DNA from: an uncultured Solirubrobacterales bacterium
Lineage (GTDB): Bacteria; Actinomycetota; Thermoleophilia; Solirubrobacterales; Solirubrobacteraceae
Length of the DNA stretch: 64,000 nt
Direction of reading: 5' to 3'
Assembly: GCA_963777335.1 (NCBI GenBank)
Contig: CAVZQD010000007.1
Location: 118,670-182,669, forward strand
Of this stretch, positions 19,212-29,436 are shown piece by piece. The stretch's first letter is position 1; every line of letters starts with the position of its first letter. The position numbers and the translations under genes were made by a program. The notes beneath the pieces are model-generated. The model was given only the letters and a program-made list of their open reading frames with translations, was not told the DNA's origin and ran no database searches.

Positions 19212-20051
19212 ATGCGACTCAGGCTCTACCACCATCATGATGGCGCCCGGATAGCGTACCGCGAAACGGGCGCTGGTCCAGCCCTTGCCCTACTTCATTC
19301 CTTGGGTCTTTCGCACCGAGAATGGGAGCCGGTCGTGCGCGAGCTTTCCTCGCGGTTCAGGGTCGTGCTGCCGGACCTTCCGCTCCATGGAGATTCCGAG
19401 GACCGGCCGCGCCATCCGTACACCGCGGACTGGCTCGCCGAGGTGATCGCCGGCTTCTGCCGGGAGGTCGGAGGGCCCCGGCCGTTGCTCGCCGGCCATG
19501 ACATCGGCGCCGAGCTCGCGCTGAGGGCGGTCACCACCGGCCGTCTGCATCCCGCCCGGCTCGCGCTGATGCCCAACCGGCTGCATCGCCGCGACGAGTT
19601 CGCCGGCAAGCGCGCCGCGTGGCGGGTGGTATGCCGGTCCGCGGCACTCCCGGGATTTGATCGGGTGCTTGCGCGAGGCGCGACGCTGGTGTTCCGACCC
19701 TCGATTGGCGAGCGCCTGTCCGCCCAGCGCAACCCCGCGGCCCGGGACCTCGTCCGCCACGCGTTCGCCGACGTCGCCGGCAACGGCAACCGAGCCCGGT
19801 CGTGGGCGAAGTTCGCGCGACGCTGGCCGGTCGACGCCCAGCGCGAGCTGCTCGACGCCTACCCCCGGATCGACATCCCGGTCCTGCTGTTGTGGGCCGA
19901 CGAGGATCCCGCGCATCCGCTGATCGGCGCCTACCAGGCCCTCGACCTGCTGCCGGACTGCCAGCTGCGGATGCTGCCGGGGACCGGCTTTCTGATGGCG
20001 TACGACGATCCGGTCGGTGTGGCGCGGGAGCTGATCTCGTTCTTCGGGTGA
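19212..20051 (+). CDS. Alpha/beta hydrolase-fold protein lacking the catalytic His
   Basis: PDLPLHGDS, GHDIG elbow, WADED, GTGFLMAYDDP with Phe at the expected His position. Confidence 0.8.
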   Translation: MRLRLYHHHDGARIAYRETGAGPALALLHSLGLSHREWEPVVRELSSRFRVVLPDLPLHGDSEDRPRHPYTADWLAEVIAGFCREVGGPRPLLAGHDIGAELALRAVTTGRLHPARLALMPNRLHRRDEFAGKRAAWRVVCRSAALPGFDRVLARGATLVFRPSIGERLSAQRNPAARDLVRHAFADVAGNGNRARSWAKFARRWPVDAQRELLDAYPRIDIPVLLLWADEDPAHPLIGAYQALDLLPDCQLRMLPGTGFLMAYDDPVGVARELISFFG

Positions 20052-20095
20052 ACGGTCGGGGAGGGGCGGAGGTCATTTGCCGGCCCGCGGTTCGA

Positions 20096-21106
20096 TCAGC
20101 GCCGGCGCCGCGCCGTCGACGCGCGCTCGTGCAGGTCGGGCTCGATGATCACGCGCCGGCGCCGGCGCGGATGTCCGTCGATCGCGCCCAGCACCATCCC
20201 GACCGCCACCTCCACCAGGCGCTCGGTGTCCCAGGAGAAGCTGGTCAGCGGGGGCGCGAGCAGGATCGACACGGGATGGTCGTCGTAGCCGATCACCGAC
20301 AGGTCGTGTGGGATCCGCAGCTCGAGCTGGCGGGCGGCGGCGTAGACGCCGTAGGCGATCGAGTCCGAGAAGCAGAACGCCGCGGTCGGGCGGTGGTCGG
20401 CGGTCAGCACCGCGCGGGCCACCTCGGTGGCCTCGCCCAACTCGTAGGGCGAGCTCACGACGCTGACCTCGAGGTCGAGGCGGTCGGCCTCGGAGCCGAC
20501 GTAGACCTCGGCCGGCCGATCGTTGGTGGGCGACCCCGGTGGGCGCAGCACGGCGATGCGCCGGTGCCCGAGTGCGTGCAGGTGCTCGAGCGCGCAGCGA
20601 ACCCCGGAGCGGTTGTCGAACAGCACCTCGCCGGCGGCCCCGCGGCCGGGAAGCGCGTCGCCGATCGACACGACCGACAGGGATTCCGCGATCTCGGACC
20701 AGAACTCATCCGACGGGTCGACCGGCGACAGGATCAGCCCGTCGACCTGCTGGTCCCGCAGCTGCGTGGCGAGCGCGCGCTGCCGCGCGGGATCGCCGCC
20801 GGCGTCGAGGATCAGCGCGTAGCGGTCGTGGGCCAGCAGCGCGCGGCCCGCCTCGGCGACGAGGCGCTGCTGCCACAGATCCTCGAGCGACGGGCCGAGG
20901 ATCCCGACCATTCCGGTGCGTCCGCTGGCGAGCGCCCGCGCGATCGGGTTGGCCTCGTAACCCATCTCATCCGCGACCTTGCGGACCCGCTCCTGGGTCT
21001 CCTCGGAGACCTGAATGCCGCGCAGCGCGTACGAGACGGCGGCGGGCGAGACTCCAGCGGCGTCGGCAACCTCCCGAATCGTCACGCGCTTGGCGGGAGG
21101 GCTCAC
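20096..21106 (-). CDS. LacI family regulator
   Basis: VTIREVADAAGVSPAAVSYAL, IPHDLSVIGYDD, PPLTS. Confidence 0.92.
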   Translation of the reverse strand: MSPPAKRVTIREVADAAGVSPAAVSYALRGIQVSEETQERVRKVADEMGYEANPIARALASGRTGMVGILGPSLEDLWQQRLVAEAGRALLAHDRYALILDAGGDPARQRALATQLRDQQVDGLILSPVDPSDEFWSEIAESLSVVSIGDALPGRGAAGEVLFDNRSGVRCALEHLHALGHRRIAVLRPPGSPTNDRPAEVYVGSEADRLDLEVSVVSSPYELGEATEVARAVLTADHRPTAAFCFSDSIAYGVYAAARQLELRIPHDLSVIGYDDHPVSILLAPPLTSFSWDTERLVEVAVGMVLGAIDGHPRRRRRVIIEPDLHERASTARRRR

Positions 21107-21219
21107 GCCGCAAGCGTAGACGGCTTGGACCCCGGCCCCGGCAGTACATTTTGCACCGCTCGGACGGCGGCCTGGGGGCGGGGAGTGCCTCCGCGGCGCC
21201 TCCACACGCGAGGGCATTG

Positions 21220-21272
21220 TTGACAAGCCGCTTCTTAACCGCTTCACTTAACCGGTTCATGAACCGGTTAAG
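21220..21272 (+). promoter_or_regulatory. Promoter (-35 TTGACA) overlapped by three LacI-type operators
   Basis: TTAACCGCTTCA, TTAACCGGTTCA, TGAACCGGTTAA; perfect 26-bp palindrome at 21247-21272. Confidence 0.8.
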
Positions 21273-21287
21273 CACACGACGACGCCC

Positions 21288-22208
21288 GTGATCGACGTGC
21301 ACCAGCACGTGTGGCCGGACGCGCTGATCGAAGCGCTTCGGGCCCGCCGCACGCCTCCACGGATGCGCGGGTGGACGCTCGAGCTCGCCGGCGAGCCCGA
21401 CGATCAGGTCGACGCGCGCGCCCACGACCCGGACGATCGGGCGGCGCTCGCGAGAGACGACGGTCTCGATCTGGCGCTCGTGTCGCTATCGAGTCCGCTC
21501 GGGATCGAGTCGCTCCCGCCGGACGAGGCAATCGAGCTGATCACGGCGTATCACGAGGGAGCGCTGACACTGCCCGAGCCGTTCGGGGCGTGGGCGGCGG
21601 CGTGCTTGACCGAGGTCGACCCCGGTTCGCTCGCAAAGGAGCTCGAGCGCGGGTTTGTGGGACTTCAGTTGCCGGCGACGTCACTGCTCGACGGCTCCGG
21701 CTATGAGAACGCCGGGCCGCTGCTGGAGGTGCTCGAGGAGGCGGGATTGCCGTTGCTGGTGCACCCTGGCTCGGTGGCGCCGGTGGCCGGCGACCAACCA
21801 ACGTGGTGGCCGGCGATCGTCACCTACGTGCAACAGATGCACGCCGCGTGGTTTGCGTTCCGCGTGCATGGCCGGCCACGCCACCCGCGGCTCCGCGTCT
21901 GCTTCGCGATGCTGGCCGGGCTCGCCCCGCTCCACAGCGAGCGGGTCGCCGCCCGCGCCGGCGACCGCAGCGTGGTCGACCCGGGCGTGTTCCTCGACGT
22001 GTCCTCGTACGGCACGCGCGCGGTCGATGCGACCGTGCGGGTGCTCGGCATCGACGCGCTCGTGAACGGCTCGGACCGCCCGTACGCCGACCCGGTCACG
22101 CTCGACCTCGGGCCGGCGGCGCTGCACGCGATCCGCAGCGCCAACGCAATGCGACTGCTCTACCCGAAGGAGGTGTTCGATGATCTGGCAATCGCTTCCC
22201 CCGCGTAA
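21288..22208 (+). CDS. Amidohydrolase_2 family metalloenzyme (candidate sulfinate desulfinase)
   Basis: IDVHQH, LVHPG, GSDRP. Confidence 0.8.
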   Translation: MIDVHQHVWPDALIEALRARRTPPRMRGWTLELAGEPDDQVDARAHDPDDRAALARDDGLDLALVSLSSPLGIESLPPDEAIELITAYHEGALTLPEPFGAWAAACLTEVDPGSLAKELERGFVGLQLPATSLLDGSGYENAGPLLEVLEEAGLPLLVHPGSVAPVAGDQPTWWPAIVTYVQQMHAAWFAFRVHGRPRHPRLRVCFAMLAGLAPLHSERVAARAGDRSVVDPGVFLDVSSYGTRAVDATVRVLGIDALVNGSDRPYADPVTLDLGPAALHAIRSANAMRLLYPKEVFDDLAIASPA

Positions 22209-22683
22209 CCTCGACCGTGCCGAGCTACAGGCGCTCGTCGACGCGATCGCGAACGAGCCCGATCGGTGGCGCGAGCACGTCGCGTTCGAAGGCGGCCAAC
22301 GGCACTACGTCTCGCTCCACCGGGACGAGTACGTGGACGTGTGGCTCCTCTGCTGGGTGCCCGGCGACGACACGGGCTGGCACGACCACGACATCTCCTC
22401 GGGCGCGGTCCGGGTCGTGCGCGGCTCCGTGCGCGAATCGAACCCCCGCATCGGGGGCGACCCGGCGGTCCGGGTCGTCAACGAGGGGGGCTCGTTCTCG
22501 TTCGGGCCCGAGCACATCCACCGCCTCGCCGGCGAGGACGAGCTGGCGATCTCGATCCACGCCTACTCGCCGCCGCTGTGGCGGCTCGGGCAGTACTCGA
22601 TCGACGATGACGGAGTGATGCGCCGCGCGTCGGTCAGCTACGCCGATGAGCTCCGTCCGCTCGAGGGGTCTCTGGCAGCATAG
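22180..22683 (+). CDS. Cysteine-dioxygenase-like thiol dioxygenase
   Basis: WHDH plus HIH 3-His site; SIHAYSPP outer-sphere triad. Confidence 0.85.
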   Translation: MIWQSLPPRNLDRAELQALVDAIANEPDRWREHVAFEGGQRHYVSLHRDEYVDVWLLCWVPGDDTGWHDHDISSGAVRVVRGSVRESNPRIGGDPAVRVVNEGGSFSFGPEHIHRLAGEDELAISIHAYSPPLWRLGQYSIDDDGVMRRASVSYADELRPLEGSLAA

Positions 22684-22832
22684 GGGCTGGTCGCCGGCTG
22701 CGTGAGCCGAGCCACAATCTCCTCGAACACCCGATCCGCGTAGGACCGGAGCTCGTCGAGGCTCAGCAGGCTGCCACCTCTGCCTGGCCGGGCCGGTTGG
22801 GTATCCCGTGGTCGGTTACGCTGCCAGCCGGG

Positions 22833-24148
22833 ATGGAGGACAGTCGCGAGCTGGATCAACTCGAGCGGCGCGTGGTTGAACGCGTCAGGCAGCGCGAGGA
22901 GGATCTGGTTGCGTTGCTCCGCGCGCTGATCAGCTACGACACGATCACGCATATCCCGGGCGCACCTGAGCGGGAGGAGGCGCTGCTTCAGAGTTACCTG
23001 GGTGAGCGGCTGGCCGCCTCGGGCGCCGAGGTGACGGTCGAGGAACCCGACGCCGCGCTGATCGCGGGGCACGCGTCGGTCCCAGCCGGGTTCTCGTTCG
23101 CCCGGCGTCCGCAACTTGTAGCCCGCTTCGCAGGTGCGGGCGACGGGCGGAGCCTGCTGCTCAACGGGCATATCGACGTGGTCGACGTGCATCCGCGAGC
23201 GGAGTGGTCGTTCGGTCCGTTCGACGCGGTCGTCCGCGATGGCGCGGTGTGGGGCCGCGGGGCGTGCGACATGAAGGGAGGGGTGGCGAGCATGGTGTTG
23301 GCCGCGGAGGTGCTCGCCGAGCTTGACGTTGAACTCGGGGGAGACCTTGTGGTGAACACCGTGACCGAAGAGGAGTCCACCGGCGCGGGAGGGCTCGTCT
23401 CTGCTCGAACTCTGCAGGCGGACGGCGCGATCGTGCCGGAGCCGAGCAGTCTCGACGTGGCGGTGGCATGCCGAGGCTCACTTCTCGTGGCGATCACGAT
23501 CGAGGGTCGGGCTGGACATGCCGGGGCGCCCCCGCAGCACCCGGACGTGGGCGGGCCGGTCAGCGCGATCGAGAAGGCCGCATACCTGCTGGAGGCGCTC
23601 CGACGTCTGCGCGAGGAATGGGCGCTGCGGCCGCGCCATCGTTACCTGGCGGCGGCCGACTGTGTCACCACGGGAATCAGCGGAGGCGAATGGGTGGTCA
23701 GCTACCCGGCGCGATGCCGACTCGAGTGTCACATCGAATACCTCCCATCCTCGGACGGCAGCGACCCGGCGCCGGTCGTGCGGCGAGAGTTCGAGGATTG
23801 GATCGGCCGCGCCGCGGACGCCGACAGCTGGCTGCGCACCGCACCCGCCACTGATCGAGTGGACCGCCGGCGCGGTACCGCCGGCAGAGATCTCACCCGA
23901 GGAGCCGTTGGTGCGCGCGCTCGTGGGCGCCGCGCGCGCCCTCGCGCCATGACAGCCGGATCGGTGGTTTTGACAACTGGCATGACGGAGCTTGGTTGAT
24001 TACCGAGGGCCGCATCCCCACCGTGTGCTTCGGTCCGCGTGCGCTGAGCCTCGCCCACACCGTCGACGAACGCGTGCCGATCGCCGATCTGGTCAGCTGC
24101 GCCCAAGTGATTGCGGTTGCGGCGATGCGGTTCTGCGGCGTGCGCTAA
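22833..24148 (+). CDS. M20 ArgE/DapE-like deacylase (frameshifts near 23845 and 23950)
   Basis: LNGHIDVV, GRGACDMKGG, TEEE, VPEP; FGP..AHTVDE in downstream frame. Confidence 0.85.
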
Positions 24149-24956
24149 GTTAGGGCCGCCCCTGTCCGGACCGGCGCGGTCTGCGGAGCTCGCCACCCGA
24201 CCAGGTCGGCGAGCTCATCCGCCGCCTGTCGCAGCAGCTCGCCGGCCTCGGCGAGCCGTGACTCGAATCGAAAGGCGGGCGCGGACACGTTGACTGCGGC
24301 CGCGATCACCCCGCGGTGGTCGCGAACCGGCGCGGCCGCGGCCACCAATCCCGCCTCAGACTCTTCCACAACAGTCGCGTAACCCGCCTCGCGCGCCTCG
24401 CGAATGCGCTCGTAAAGCACATCCACGGTCGCGGGCGCGCGCGGACCGGCGGGGGGAAGCACCTTGCCGCCAAACAGCGCCTCGAGCTCGTCGAGTTCAT
24501 GGTCGAGGAGCAACGCGCGGCCCGAGGACGTGCAGTGCGCGGGAATCTCCCTGCCGACCCAGCTCGCGGCCGTGAGGGCGCGCGGGGACGGCTGGGAGAC
24601 CAAGGTCACGACCTGCGCGCCCAAGCGGATCGACAGGTGGGCGGACTCGCCGAGTTCGCGAACGAGATGGGCGATCTTGGTCGGAGCGGCGGCGAGCAGA
24701 CGAGCCTCGCCGGCTCGGCTCGGCCAGCGTGTAAAGCCTCCAGCCAAGCCGGTAGGCGAGCGTCTGGGAATCTCGCTCCACGAGCGCGTACTCGTGGAGC
24801 GTTCGCAGCGTGCGGGACACGCGGCTCTTATCGTCGCCGAGCAGCTCGGTCAGGCGCGTTACGCCCAACCCTCCGCTGGGGATCGCCTCGTCCCCGGCGA
24901 GGGCAAGCAGACAGCTCAATCGCGCGCCGCAGGCTTGTCGCGCGTTCCCGCTCCAT
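24145..24956 (-). CDS. IclR family regulator (frameshifted)
   Basis: SLRRAIEL, GVTRL..DKSRVSRTL HTH; AHCTSSGRALL effector domain. Confidence 0.85.
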
Positions 24957-24986
24957 GACCCGACGGTAGTCTGATATCGTTTTTGA

Positions 24987-25012
24987 GCAACTACAGTTGC
25001 GAAAATAGCAAC
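24987..25012. promoter_or_regulatory. Overlapping inverted repeats, candidate IclR operator
   Basis: GCAACT-AC-AGTTGC and GTTGC-N7-GCAAC between divergent genes. Confidence 0.55.
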
Positions 25013-25030
25013 AGTGGAGGTAGAGGAGAC

Positions 25031-26078
25031 GTGACGGCTCCATCTGAGGGGCTGCTGGGGCGCCTGGCCGCAGGGCCCGTGATCTGCGCGGAGGGCTACC
25101 TGTTCGAGCTCGAGCGCCGCGGCTACCTGAGAGCAGGCGCCTTCGTACCTGAGGTGGTGCTGGAGCATCCAGACCTGGTTCGGCAGCTTCACGAGGAGTT
25201 CGTCCACGCGGGCTCCGACGTCGTGGAGGCGTTCACGTACTACGCCCACCGCGAGAAGCTCCGGTTGATCGGCAAGCAGGAGGTGCTCGAACAGATCAAC
25301 CGCCAAGCCCTCGAGATCGCCGGCGACGTCGCCGGCCGGCACGGGGCGCTGCTCGCCGGCAACATCTGCAACACGAACGTGTTCGACTCGGATGACTCTG
25401 GATCGAGGCGGGCGATCAGGTCGATGTTCGAGGAGCAGGTGGAATGGGCGGTGCAGGCCGAGGCCGACTTCATCATCGGAGAGACTTTCTCCTGGGCGCA
25501 GGAAGCGCTGCTGGCGCTCGAGGCGATCCGTGCTTCTGGCTTGCCGGCCGTGATCACGCTGGCCATCCACCGCGAGCCCGTGACCCGCGAAGGGTTGGAC
25601 ACCGGCCGAGGCGTGCAAGCGGCTCGAAGCCGGCGGCGCTGCCGTCGTAGGCCTGAATTGCATCCGCGGCCCGCGCACGATGCTGCCGCTACTGGAGCCG
25701 ATCCGCGCAGCCGTCGACTGCGCCGTGGCTGCGCTCCCGGTCCCCTACCGGACGCGAGGAGAGCAGCCGTCGTTCCAGTCCCTCACCGACCCCGATTGCG
25801 ACCTGATTCCCGACGAGCGGCCGTTTCCGGTCGCGCTCGACCCGTTCACGTGCAACCGCTTCGAACTGGGCGCGTTCGCGCGAGCAGCGCGAGAGCTGGG
25901 CGTCGACTATTTCGGCGTCTGCTGCGGGGCAGGGCCGCACCACATCCGAGCCGTCGCCGAGGCGCTCGGTCGCACGCCGCCGGCCAGCCGCTACAGCCCC
26001 GACATGTCTCACCATGCCTATCTGGGCACCGATCCGAGCCTCAAGCGGAGCAACCTCGACTACGCCGGCCGACTCTAG
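25031..26078 (+). CDS. Betaine-homocysteine S-methyltransferase-like enzyme (frameshift near 25605)
   Basis: ICAEGYLFELERRGY, EAFTYY, GLNC and GVCCG Zn ligands; GAGGAG RBS. Confidence 0.85.
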
Positions 26079-26790
26079 CCCAGCCCGCGTCGAGTTCATC
26101 ATCAGCGAGCATCCGCCCGCGATCAATCCAGCGCGCGAGCGACACTACGAGCACATCCGGCGCCGGCTCGAGCGACTGACCGGAACGTCGGTACGAAGCT
26201 GGCGCTACCCCGAGGTGGACAGTCTCGATGGCGCGGCGCTGGTGATCCTGAGTGGTTCGTTTGCGCCGTGGTCGGTCCACGATCTCGCCGCACTTGCGCG
26301 GTTAGGCGAGGCCGTGACCAGTTACAGCGGGCCGGTGCTGGGTATCTGCGCCGGCATGCAACTGCTGACGCTGTTTGCCGGGGGCGCCATCGGGCCCCGG
26401 CCGCGTCCGCAAATCGGGTTCGGAGCGATCGAGGTCGCCGATGACGCCGACCTGATGAACGGGCTCGCGCCGCAGATGACCGCGTACATGCACCACGCCG
26501 AGGATGTCATCGAGCTACCCGATGGGTTCGACGTGCTGGCGCGGAGCGAGCACTGCGCGGTCGAGGCGATCGCGGTCCGAGACCGCCGCTGGTGGGGCAC
26601 CCAGTTTCATCCCGAGCGCTTTACCGCCGATTACCCAGCGGGGGCTCAGGTGCTGCGCAACTTCGTAGGTCTGGCGATGCCGTCGGGGCTTGACAACCCG
26701 CCCGGTGACGCCTACGGTAGGCCGCCGATCCAGTCCAACGGAGGAGGGAGCGCCGGGTGCTCTACCGGCGCAGGCAGGCGTCATGAGTGA
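26014..26790 (+). CDS. Class I glutamine amidotransferase-like protein (start uncertain)
   Basis: ILSGS, LGICAGMQ, TQFHPE triad. Confidence 0.8.
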   Translation: MPIWAPIRASSGATSTTPADSSPARVEFIISEHPPAINPARERHYEHIRRRLERLTGTSVRSWRYPEVDSLDGAALVILSGSFAPWSVHDLAALARLGEAVTSYSGPVLGICAGMQLLTLFAGGAIGPRPRPQIGFGAIEVADDADLMNGLAPQMTAYMHHAEDVIELPDGFDVLARSEHCAVEAIAVRDRRWWGTQFHPERFTADYPAGAQVLRNFVGLAMPSGLDNPPGDAYGRPPIQSNGGGSAGCSTGAGRRHE

Positions 26791-28456
26791 CGGGCGTCAG
26801 CGGCGGCTCGACGCGATGCGTCATCGCCTCGGAGAGGTGGAGAACGACCTCGTCGACGAACTGGCAGCGGGCCGGATCGATCGCCGCGAGTTCATCCGAC
26901 GGGGCACCGTCCTCGGGTTGTCGTTGTCCTCCCTCGGGGTGCTCGCCGGGTGTGCGGCGCCAAACGTGGCCCAGGTGTCCCCACCCCAGACCAAGCCGCC
27001 GAAACCGGGTGGAACGATACGCGCGGGCATCGTGACGCCCGCCGCCGCGCTCGACCCGATCATGATCAGCGACGAGGGCGGGCTGGCCGTGCTGGGGCAG
27101 AGCGCTCAGTACCTCGTCTGGTCAGATAGGCAGCTGAATCTTCGCCCCATACTCGCCGAGAGCTGGACACACGATCACACCGGCAGCGTGTGGACGTTCA
27201 AGATCCGCCGGGGCGTCAGCTTCAGCGACGGCACGCCGATGTCGGCCGAGGACGTGGCCGCGACCTTCAACCGCCTCTCCGACCCTGCGGTGGGGTCAAA
27301 TGCACTCTCCAACTTCGACGGAGTTTTGAGCAAGGGCAACACCAAGGCAACCGATCCTTACACGGTGCAGTTCACGCTCGATGCGCCGAACGGAAACTTC
27401 CCCTACCTCGTCAGCTCCGACAACTACAACTCCGTGGTACTCCCGAAGAACTACGACGGGGGGTGGGACAAGACATTCATCGGCACCGGTCCCTGGAAGC
27501 TCGAATCGTTCACCCCTGACCAGGGCGTTTCTTACGTGCGCAACCCGCACTATTGGGGTCCGCCAACCGTCGCTGAACGCTCACAGGTGACCTTCTACGC
27601 CGAGGAACAGGCGCAGACATTGGGCATCCTCGGCAACCAAGTGGACGTCGTCGCGCACTACTCGGTGTCCGGAGGGCGGGCACTGATCACCGATCCCGAC
27701 ATCCGCACGACCCAGTTTCGCTCCTCGGCCCACCGCCAGATCCACATGCGCACGGACACGGAGCCGTTCATTGACAAGCGCGTGCGCCGGGCGGTGGCCT
27801 TGCTGCTCGATCGTAGGGGGATGGTGAACGGACTTCTGGCCACGAAATCGGACTACGGGAACGACAGCCCGTTCGCGCCTGTGTTCCGCTCCACCGACCC
27901 CTCTGTTCCTCAACGCCAGCGCAACCTGGCGATGGCCAAGCAGTTGCTGGAGGCAGCCGGCAAAGGCGGCGGCTTCAGCACGCAATTACTCACCCTGACC
28001 CATTTCGAGCTTCCCGACCTGGCCCAGGTGGTGCAGAACGACGTCTCGCCGGCGGGCGTCAAGCTGAAGCTCAGCATCCTCGATCCCGGCACGTATTACG
28101 GTTCCTCGAAGTTCGGCACCTCGCCGTGGCTCGACTCGAACATGGGCATCACCGACTATGGACACCGCGGGGTGCCGAACCTGCTCCTCACCGCCCCGTT
28201 GAGTAGCAAGGGTCCGTGGAACGCGGCTCACTTCCACAACCCTCAATATGACCAATTAGTGACTCGCTACGTCGCGGCGCTCGACCTCGGTGCCCAGCGT
28301 GCGGCGGCCCGCCAGATCCAGGAGCTACTGCTCGACGAGACCCCGATCATGTTTCCCTACTTCTACTACTTCCTCACCGGCGCCCGTCTGAACGTCTCGG
28401 GCGTGGAGACGACAGCGATGGGTCACATCGACCTATCGCGCGCCGGATTTGTCTGA
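26783..28456 (+). CDS. ABC family-5 substrate-binding Tat lipoprotein
   Basis: DRREFIRR and LAGC lipobox; LAESW, FSDGTP, GTGPW. Confidence 0.9.
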   Translation: MSDGRQRRLDAMRHRLGEVENDLVDELAAGRIDRREFIRRGTVLGLSLSSLGVLAGCAAPNVAQVSPPQTKPPKPGGTIRAGIVTPAAALDPIMISDEGGLAVLGQSAQYLVWSDRQLNLRPILAESWTHDHTGSVWTFKIRRGVSFSDGTPMSAEDVAATFNRLSDPAVGSNALSNFDGVLSKGNTKATDPYTVQFTLDAPNGNFPYLVSSDNYNSVVLPKNYDGGWDKTFIGTGPWKLESFTPDQGVSYVRNPHYWGPPTVAERSQVTFYAEEQAQTLGILGNQVDVVAHYSVSGGRALITDPDIRTTQFRSSAHRQIHMRTDTEPFIDKRVRRAVALLLDRRGMVNGLLATKSDYGNDSPFAPVFRSTDPSVPQRQRNLAMAKQLLEAAGKGGGFSTQLLTLTHFELPDLAQVVQNDVSPAGVKLKLSILDPGTYYGSSKFGTSPWLDSNMGITDYGHRGVPNLLLTAPLSSKGPWNAAHFHNPQYDQLVTRYVAALDLGAQRAAARQIQELLLDETPIMFPYFYYFLTGARLNVSGVETTAMGHIDLSRAGFV

Positions 28457-28467
28457 GGCTCGTCGGA

Positions 28468-29436
28468 ATGGCCCGGTTCATCGGTAAACGACTCGGTCTC
28501 GGCCTGATCACGCTGTTGTTACTCAGCCTGCTGGTGTTCTTCGGCACGCAGGTTCTGCCCGGGGACGAAGCCAGGCGCATCCTCGGCCCGTTCGCCTCCC
28601 AGTCGGCGGTGAACGCGCTCAACAAACAACTCGGCACCGACAAATCGGTCTTCGTCCAGTACCTCGACTGGATCACCGGCGTCTTGCACGGAGATCTAGG
28701 GACGTCGGTCGCGACTCGCACCTCGGTGTCCTCGATCGTGTTCCCGGCGCTCTGGCATTCCGCGAAATTGGCCCTGCTTGCCTTCATCATCGTGGTGCCG
28801 CTCGGAATCCTGGGTGGCGTCCTCGCGGCACTCAACGAAGGCAAGACGCGCGACCGGTTGATCTCGGTGGGCGGGTTGTCGGCGACCACCGTGCCCGAGT
28901 TCGTGTGGGCGGTGGCGTTGATCCTCGTGTTCGCGCTTTGGCTGGGAATCTTCCCCTCGACCGCCACGGCCCCACCGGGCTCGAGCTTCTTCACGCAAAT
29001 CGAGTATCTGATCCTGCCCGCACTGTGTCTGGTGTTTGTCCTTTTCGGGTACATCGCGCGCATGGCCCGTGCCGGGACGATCGAGGCGCTGGAAGCCGAT
29101 TACACCCGGACGGCGGTGATCAAGGGCTTGCCTTATCGGACGGTCGTCCGGCGCCACGTGCTGCGCGAACTCGCTGCTCCCGACGATCGCGGTGGTCGCC
29201 ACGCAGACGGGCTACCTGATCGGCGGGCTGGTCGCGATCGAGTTGGTGTTCAACTACCAGGGCATCGGTCAGGTGCTATACCGCGCGGCGACCCAGAAGG
29301 ACTTTCCGGTGCTGGAGAGCGCCGTACTGATCGTCGGCGTCGTCTACCTCATCGCCACTCTCCTTGCCGACCTCGCCTACTCGCTGCTCAATCCCCGGAT
29401 CCGATTCGAGAGTTCCGGCATGAGTTCGTTCGGTGA
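28468..29436 (+). CDS. Peptide-type ABC permease, DppB-like (frameshift near 29168)
   Basis: LPGD, GDLGTS, YTRTAVIKGL, ELVFNYQGIG, DFPV, LNPRI. Confidence 0.88.
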   Translation: MARFIGKRLGLGLITLLLLSLLVFFGTQVLPGDEARRILGPFASQSAVNALNKQLGTDKSVFVQYLDWITGVLHGDLGTSVATRTSVSSIVFPALWHSAKLALLAFIIVVPLGILGGVLAALNEGKTRDRLISVGGLSATTVPEFVWAVALILVFALWLGIFPSTATAPPGSSFFTQIEYLILPALCLVFVLFGYIARMARAGTIEALEADYTRTAVIKGLPYRTVVRRHVLRELAAPDDRGGRHADGLPDRRAGRDRVGVQLPGHRSGAIPRGDPEGLSGAGERRTDRRRRLPHRHSPCRPRLLAAQSPDPIREFRHEFVR

